DNA of 53,667 nucleotides, filler included, from Ionaspis alba (Eukaryota): NCBI GenBank assembly GCA_964255285.1. It is 2 parts of 2 records of this genome, joined end to end, with 100 filler letters (N's around TTAATTAATTAA, not from the genome) between each part and the next. Parts side by side here need not be neighbours in the genome. Positions count along the whole stretch, not along the records: positions 26,901 to 53,667 come from CAXUUL010000143.1; 1 more part is not named here. One strand, 5' to 3'. Shown piece by piece: positions 47,591 to 53,667 of this stretch (position 1 is its first letter; each line of letters starts with the position of its first letter). The notes under the pieces were generated by a model. It saw only the letters and a program-made list of their open reading frames with translations, ran no database searches and was not told where the DNA came from. The position numbers and the translations under genes were made by a program.

Positions 47591-47677
47591 TTGATAGTAT
47601 GTGAATGTCATTGGTACTATGTGAATGCCTTTGATACTATCTGATTGTCTTTGATACTATGTCAACGTCGGTGATAC
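47591..47677. repeat. Degenerate 20-bp tandem repeat, about 4.3 copies
   Basis: TTGATAGTATGTGAATGTCA / TTGGTACTATGTGAATGCCT / TTGATACTATCTGATTGTCT / TTGATACTATGTCAACGTCG / GTGATAC. Confidence 0.85.
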
Positions 47678-48135
47678 ATTCTCAAAGCTCATCTTAAAGT
47701 CTTGGCATGTTTGGGGCTACCCACGCTTCACCGGATATGGTAACTCATATGCATACAGACTACGCGGAGCGTCATACGCGCTGACTGGCGCTAGGTTGCT
47801 TTGGTATGAGTGTGGACTTCTAAGACTCAACGAAGGAATCGCATTGTTCGAAGGCACGAAGGAGCTAAAGGCAATCCGGATTGATGTTATCGTCGATAAG
47901 TATGACACTGCAATAAGAATATAGGTATGAGTGAGACTTTCGGTCCATCTAGCAAGATGACTATACATAAATCGATCCCACAAGGGTGTCGTGTCTTGCC
48001 ATGCCACACGCCGTCCCATTCATAGCAACACAACTCCCTCCCATGACAGCCATCGCCGATCCGAATTCACTTCTACGCCCGAGCAATGCTCTCTAAGAAA
48101 CGCCGGATCCTGCTGGCTGAATTAAGAATGACCTA

Positions 48136-49870
48136 TCAACCTGAGATATCCGTATTGAACTTCCATACCCCTATATCAGATACATCAGTTTCAATGTTGT
48201 ATGATATGGAAAGGTCGGGGTGCTTACCCTTCTTGAGGTTCTCCGCCGTATCGCTGAGTAGAATGACTCTCCTCCCCATGCAGTATGCAGTCTTGTCCAA
48301 TATGCTAACCTTAAGCCCCTTTAGGTCACCAACAGGCTTCTCGAACATCTCGCTGAGGCTCTCCACTGCCATTTCGAGATCCTTTTGATTGTCCTCGAAG
48401 ATCTCCGTTAGGTTGTTCCGCGCCAAATAGAATGCGAATGCGTAGGTCCACTTCAAGGTCTGTCTACATTGCTGTAGTGCTTGAGATGCTGTCTCAAGAA
48501 ATTGGACTTCGATCCACGACATGCCTGACGTCGCTTGCAAGCCTACCATCTTCTTCTCAGTCTTCAGATATAGGTCCTTGTCAAGCTTGGCAGACTGTTC
48601 GTGGTTGGCGTATCGGTTGTAGTAATGTAGATAGCGTTCAAGAGATTGGCGAGACTTGGCTTGGTTGTCACGAGCATCGCCTCCTGACTTCTCCTCGAAG
48701 CGGTTGCAGTTGTACCAGCTTGTACCGTGCTCCGACCACAGCCCCATACATATCCAACAGAATTCGTGTTTGCATTTCCGACATGTCATATGATTACATC
48801 CGCCATTCTTTTCAATTGTGGAATTGCACTTGGGGCACTCCTTCGTATTTGCAGAAATCCAGTTAGCTGTCTCCGAGTCGTCCTCACATTTCTTGATCCA
48901 TTTCCTGACCAGTCCACAAGGTGTTGGTTGATGATCATTTAAGGTACAGCCGAAACAAAAGCGATGGTGGCAGGCACAATCGACGGAGGGTACGATACGA
49001 GACAAATCCTTCTTCTTAATGGCACATTGTATAGCATACTCGCAGCTAGGTGCTGGACACCATTTCAAGTTCTCCTTGTCGTCTACATAAGTACGGGTGA
49101 GTAGAACGTGATAGCTACATAACATTCTTAGCTTCACTCTGCGTGTTCACTCAGCGTGGTCGAGGATGTACGTACCGGTCTTTCAGTCCGTCAGCAACTA
49201 GGAATTCTAGAGACTTGCTATCCACGATCCGGTTGCAACCCCTGGCGGGACATTGTATCCTTGCAGCCTCGCCTTCATCTTTGATCTTTTGAGCCAGATA
49301 CTGCCTGTAACAATCGAGGCAGTATCGATGTCCACACTTCAGGGCATATGTTTCGAGCCCTGGCTCATCCTCGCAACATATCTCACATGTGAAGCCCTTG
49401 ATCACTACGGTCTTCGGCTTCTGTGCAGCATCTGGACCCAGCCCAGCAGCTTCCAGCAACTCATCAGGCTTCTCCATATAGTTCTCTATCAGTCTTTCTT
49501 TGTTCCATCGAGTATACCGTAATAGTATAGCTGAGGCTTCTGGTGGTTGTTCTAATATCGAGGCGACCTCCTCAATCTGAACATCTTGCTGTGCCTGGAT
49601 GTCTGTTGGACCAAGTATTTTGTAGTCGACTTCGTAAGGCTTTTTGGATGGCTTGATCATGTCTTTCTCGTGAGAGAATCCTAGATCACGATCTTCGTCG
49701 TCGAAATCTATTGACGAGGCGCCGAATTAGCTTTTGAGGTTTCTCACGTTGAGTTGTGTTGAATTTGCCAGTAGAGTCATACCTAGACTTCCATCATCAC
49801 TTTCTTGAGCACCACCAAAAGCCTCCTCCTCACTTGACGCACCACTCATGGGCTCGTCATCAGAATCCAT
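48136..49870 (-). CDS. ARI1: Ariadne-family RBR (RING-IBR-RING) E3 ubiquitin ligase (ARI1/Hel1-like), multi-exon
   Basis: Acidic N-terminus MDSDDE, RING1 CEICC..CGHRYC..C, IBR WCPAPSC..C.C.H.FCF.C..H.P..C, RING2 TKECPKC..IEKNGGCNHMTC..C.HEFCW.C, Ariadne domain RYLHYYNRYANH. Confidence 0.95.
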
Positions 49871-50839
49871 AACTTGTACTGGAGAACTTGCGTTCGTGAC
49901 TGGTGTGACTGGCAGGGCGGAGTCGGAGATTGTAGTAAACGTTGTCTGCTTCTTAGATGCAGGCAAGGTCTGGGATCCCTCTGCAGCTTTCCTCTTCCGA
50001 GTCTGAGGAGGCGTTGTGAACGGGAGACTGAAACCCGGTGTTTGCCCTCGCCCTTGACGAGGTGCAGACACGAGTTTCTACTTGGGTCTATTACCAAATG
50101 TGTTTAAATCGGACCAGACAGCAAGCTATGAGTCGAAGTGGCAGATCATCCAGCAGGACGTTCATTCTAGGACAACGTTTTGGGACCTAGTTGTGAAGGG
50201 GGAGTATAGGCAGGAGGCTTGTGACTCCCTGCTTGGGGGACGAATGACGTTCAGCCTTTCCGCTTACTCAAGCCACGGGCAGAGGTGAACGCGGGTATCC
50301 TGGTACCGCGGTAACCATAATCAGTCTAGGTCGAAGCCAGGGGACCATAGGTCCTCAGTGAGCAACTGGATTAGTTGAAGAAATAGACATTCCCCTCCAA
50401 AGGCTGATGAAGCATAGTAATGTCCATGTGATATTGGATGAAGACCTCAGAGGTGATTACTCCTTGGATAAGTGAGACTACACAGACAAATAATACTATT
50501 CAGGGTAGAGTGTCAAAGATGACTAGACTGTTCTTGATACTGATCCATGCTCTACTTCTACACATTGAAGACAACATTCTAGTTGTCAGAGACTGATTAT
50601 CAGTTTGCTGAATTGGGATCTGACAGTATGATGAACACTGCATGGACATCATGAACAAACCTTGAATCACAACAAGAATACTTGTAGATCAGATACCTTG
50701 GGCAGCCTAGAGCAAGTAAGACACCGGTAGGCGGGCAGTAACACGAGATCAATAGTTCTCATTTCTTCTTTATCAGCAGGAAACGCCAGACAGTGCTCCT
50801 GCTTCTCCCGTTTCCTCGACCTCGTAAAGGCTGCAAACG

Positions 50840-53528
50840 CTACCCTCCCCTTTCGCCGAATTGCCGTGCCCAATCATCGAACTCCTGTAAACCCTGCTTG
50901 CTGACACTGGGTCTGATATTGATCAAACTAGCCTCGAAATCATCGAATTGTATCGGCCTGATCTCGTCCATAGACATGTGTAGTAACGCCTCGCCCAGAC
51001 TCCGTAGCGGTCCCATTGCCGCATCCTTCGCTAATGCCGTGATATCTGAACCTGAATAGCCTGGACAAACTTGATTAGCAAAATGATGCAAATTTGAGCG
51101 ACACGCAATGGACACCCTCACCCTCAGTCAACTCCACAAGCACAGCAATGTCCTGTTCGTTGAGTTCATGTTTCTGGTGTCCAAGGAGAGTCCGCAATTG
51201 CGTAGCTCTGACATGGCCTTCTGGCAGCGGTATGTACTGCCGTCTAACAAATCTTCTCCTCGCAGCTTCATCGATGGCCCAAGGGAGGTTGGTGGCTGCG
51301 AGGACCAGAACACGACTAGCGTCTCCTTCCTTCTTCTCCTTCTCCGTCTGTTCTTTCCCAGCAGCCGCTCGCTGTAGATCTGACCATTGTATAAGGAACT
51401 CAGTCTTGATGCGCCTGGTAGATTCATGTTCGCTTGAACCTCCCCGCGATGAGAGAAGCGAATCGATCTCATCCACGAAGATGATACTCGGAGCGAGAGC
51501 CCGTGCCAGTGCAAACAGTGCTCGGACGAGCTTTTCAGACTCCCCGAGCCATTTGGACGTGAGACTTGAAGCTGATATCGCGAAGAAGGTAGAGCGAGAC
51601 TCTGTGGCAACAGCTCGTGCAAGCATCGTCTTTCCTGTACCAGGCGGGCCAAAGAGGAGCATGCCTCGTGCAGGTTCTCGAAGCCCCATGAAGAGATCCG
51701 GTCTCAAGAACGGGTACACGACAGCTTCTTTCAGGGCCTTCTTTGCTACATCCAGACCAGCCACATCATCCCAGTGAACTTCGTCACCGTGGACCACGAT
51801 TTCGTTGAAGATCTGCTTCGCTGCGTTTTCGTCAACACCCTTGGGTAGATGCTTCTTGACATAGGCTACACGCTCTTCCCAGACATTTGAGTTGATGGAC
51901 CCCTCGGGAGAATCGCGATCGGATGATGGTGGAGTCGTTGGAACGCCAGCTGGGACGAGGTCGGATTTCTTTTTTCGAGGAGGCCGCTTCGGAGCTCGTC
52001 CCACTTCCCGACTGCTGCTGGTTTGCTCATCTGCGCTTTCCGAAGACGCGGGTGGCGCGAACACGTCCTTGTCTTGACGATTCATCCGTGGCGAGGAAAC
52101 GTTAGCTATTGGACGGCGGCTGATGGGTGGTGGTGGAGGGATTGGTGGACGAGACTTCCTCGGAGGAGACCGTTGTCGGGAGGAAAGTGGAGGCGCAGAG
52201 GCCTCGGTCTTTCGGAGGGGATGATTGAAATCCGCAAGGGCAGATGCCTTTGAGGCCGGCGAAGGCGCTGGATACTCGCTTCTGTAGGAAGGAAAATCAG
52301 ATAGAGTTTTAGGAGAGTAAGGCAATGTTCTATTTGTGTTTGAGGCTGTGCTTGTTGCCGCCATCTCTGACTTCGATATCGAAGGTCTCGAAGGCTCTGG
52401 GAATATTCGATCGTTCGTATGGTCTAGATTCTGTCGGGATGCTGGTAATGAAGTGTCTATTGTTGTTTCCGATGGTCTATCGTGATAGCTGCTTGGACGG
52501 GGCACATCCGTCCTGGCAGTAGAATCCGGAGGCGAGCTTTGTCTTACATAGCTTCGACTTCGTGGATTAGAGCTACTTGCTTTTGTAGAGCCGGTCGACT
52601 CTCTCCTTGCTCCACTTCCACTGCCAAGCAAATCTCGGTCGATAGAACCAATAGTCGTTGTGCTTCCAGCATGATTCGCATGACTCTGCCCAAGACTTTG
52701 ACCAGAAGCCCTCGATATGGAATCCCATGCCAGACCGGCAGCTTTGGATGCAACAGGGACTCCACCTCTCCGTCCGATGGCATCCCGTGACTTCGAGAAG
52801 CCTTTCCCTTCTTTGCTTGGACGGAGTGTGGTTCGCATGCGACTTCTCTTTTCGGGACTTGGGCTTCTCGAATTTTGTTTGGGAGGCACGGGTAGGCTGG
52901 GAGGAGAGTAAGAAGGAGTTGTTACGGTGATATCGCCATGTGAAGGTTTCGGGGGTCGTTGTGACATGAAGTCGGAGCTTTGTTTTGGCGGTATTGCAGG
53001 CCGCTGAGGTAGCGGAGGACCTGGCCGTGCAAGGCTAGGATAGCTCGCAGCAGGCACAGTTCCCTGACCTATCCATCCAGGCTGATCTGTTTCTGCCATT
53101 TCGTTGGGAATCCTTGGCAATGGATGGTCGCCTCGTGTTGTTACACCATTGCCGTTCTTCTCATCATTCATCTTCTCTCCTTCTTTGGCCTCAATTCGAC
53201 TCTTTCTCAATGCTTCGAGTAGATCTACCCGCTCTTTGCACTGCATCTCCATTTCTCGAAGCGAGTCTTGCAAGGCTTTCTCGGTCTCTGACTTGGGTCG
53301 GTAGTTTGGTGGGATTCGATAGGCATTGTGGTAATAGATCTGGTCCAGAGCAGACCGCCAGGAGCGTAACGCTTCGGCTTCATTATTCTATACCAGAATC
53401 AGCGTATGAGCTTGGCAGAAGTGACGGCCCTGACTGACCTGGCCCTCGAAGTACACGGCAGTGGAACAAATCAAGTAACAATCATCGTACGTCTTCTGCA
53501 TAGAAGACGAGGGTTTATTGCGCATCAT
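50840..53528 (-). CDS. Spastin/fidgetin-like meiotic-clade AAA ATPase (Sap1/Yta6-like); 3 exons
   Basis: N-terminal [27 protein letters not shown] (MIT-like), [22 protein letters not shown]alker A, IIFVDEID Walker [37 protein letters not shown], Vps4_C-like IRPSVS...FG. Confidence 0.93.
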
Positions 53529-53667
53529 CGAATGCGGTGACTTGAGTTTGACCGCTCATAGGGAATGGAGACCTCTGTGCTTCTATTCCCCTAGTGCTGG
53601 TGTGGCTCGTGAGCTTGCGTTGTGCCTGACTTATTGTTCGTTGCCGTATGACGTCGCACTTGCCAAA

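Noticed and set aside
47591..47677. Possible CRISPR-like array
   Set aside because: Units are directly adjacent with no unique spacers, the context is eukaryotic, and there are no cas genes.
50302..50316. Near-palindrome GGTACCGCGGTAACC upstream of the Ariadne gene
   Set aside because: A single short imperfect palindrome, within chance expectation; no supporting evidence.

Overview
Gene-dense, intron-containing eukaryotic DNA from a filamentous ascomycete (Pezizomycotina-type short GT..CTRAY..AG introns), interrupted by five 100-nt assembly gaps, one carrying an artificial TTAATTAATTAA linker. The backbone is conserved housekeeping genes: RPS11, SPC105/KNL1, an LSM/MAK31-like gene, a formate/nitrite transporter, glutaminyl cyclase, MSH6, RRN9, EXO1, FIG1, a HAD 'Swiss army knife' protein, a RING ligase, SLD2, PRI1, an Ariadne RBR ligase and a spastin-like AAA ATPase. 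Between RRN9 and EXO1 lies an accessory-looking block (about 21.4-32.8 kb): an ADP-ribosyltransferase-like ORF, a lone cytochrome P450 and, most interestingly, a TPR-like/CHAT caspase-like protease gene head-to-head (364 bp between ATGs) with a beta-rich protein of about 296 aa. That protein has an alternating amphipathic beta-hairpin and hemolysin/leukocidin-like flanking motifs. The pair is a candidate protease-activated pore-forming cell-death/immunity module, analogous to but apparently distinct from fungal gasdermin-protease clusters. Other notable items are a 6-Cys secreted effector-like protein, an intronless bacterial-like nitrobindin-type heme-binding gene, and three ACGCGT (MCB) boxes in exact 10-bp phase upstream of PRI1. 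All family assignments come from motif recognition by eye; no searches were run.
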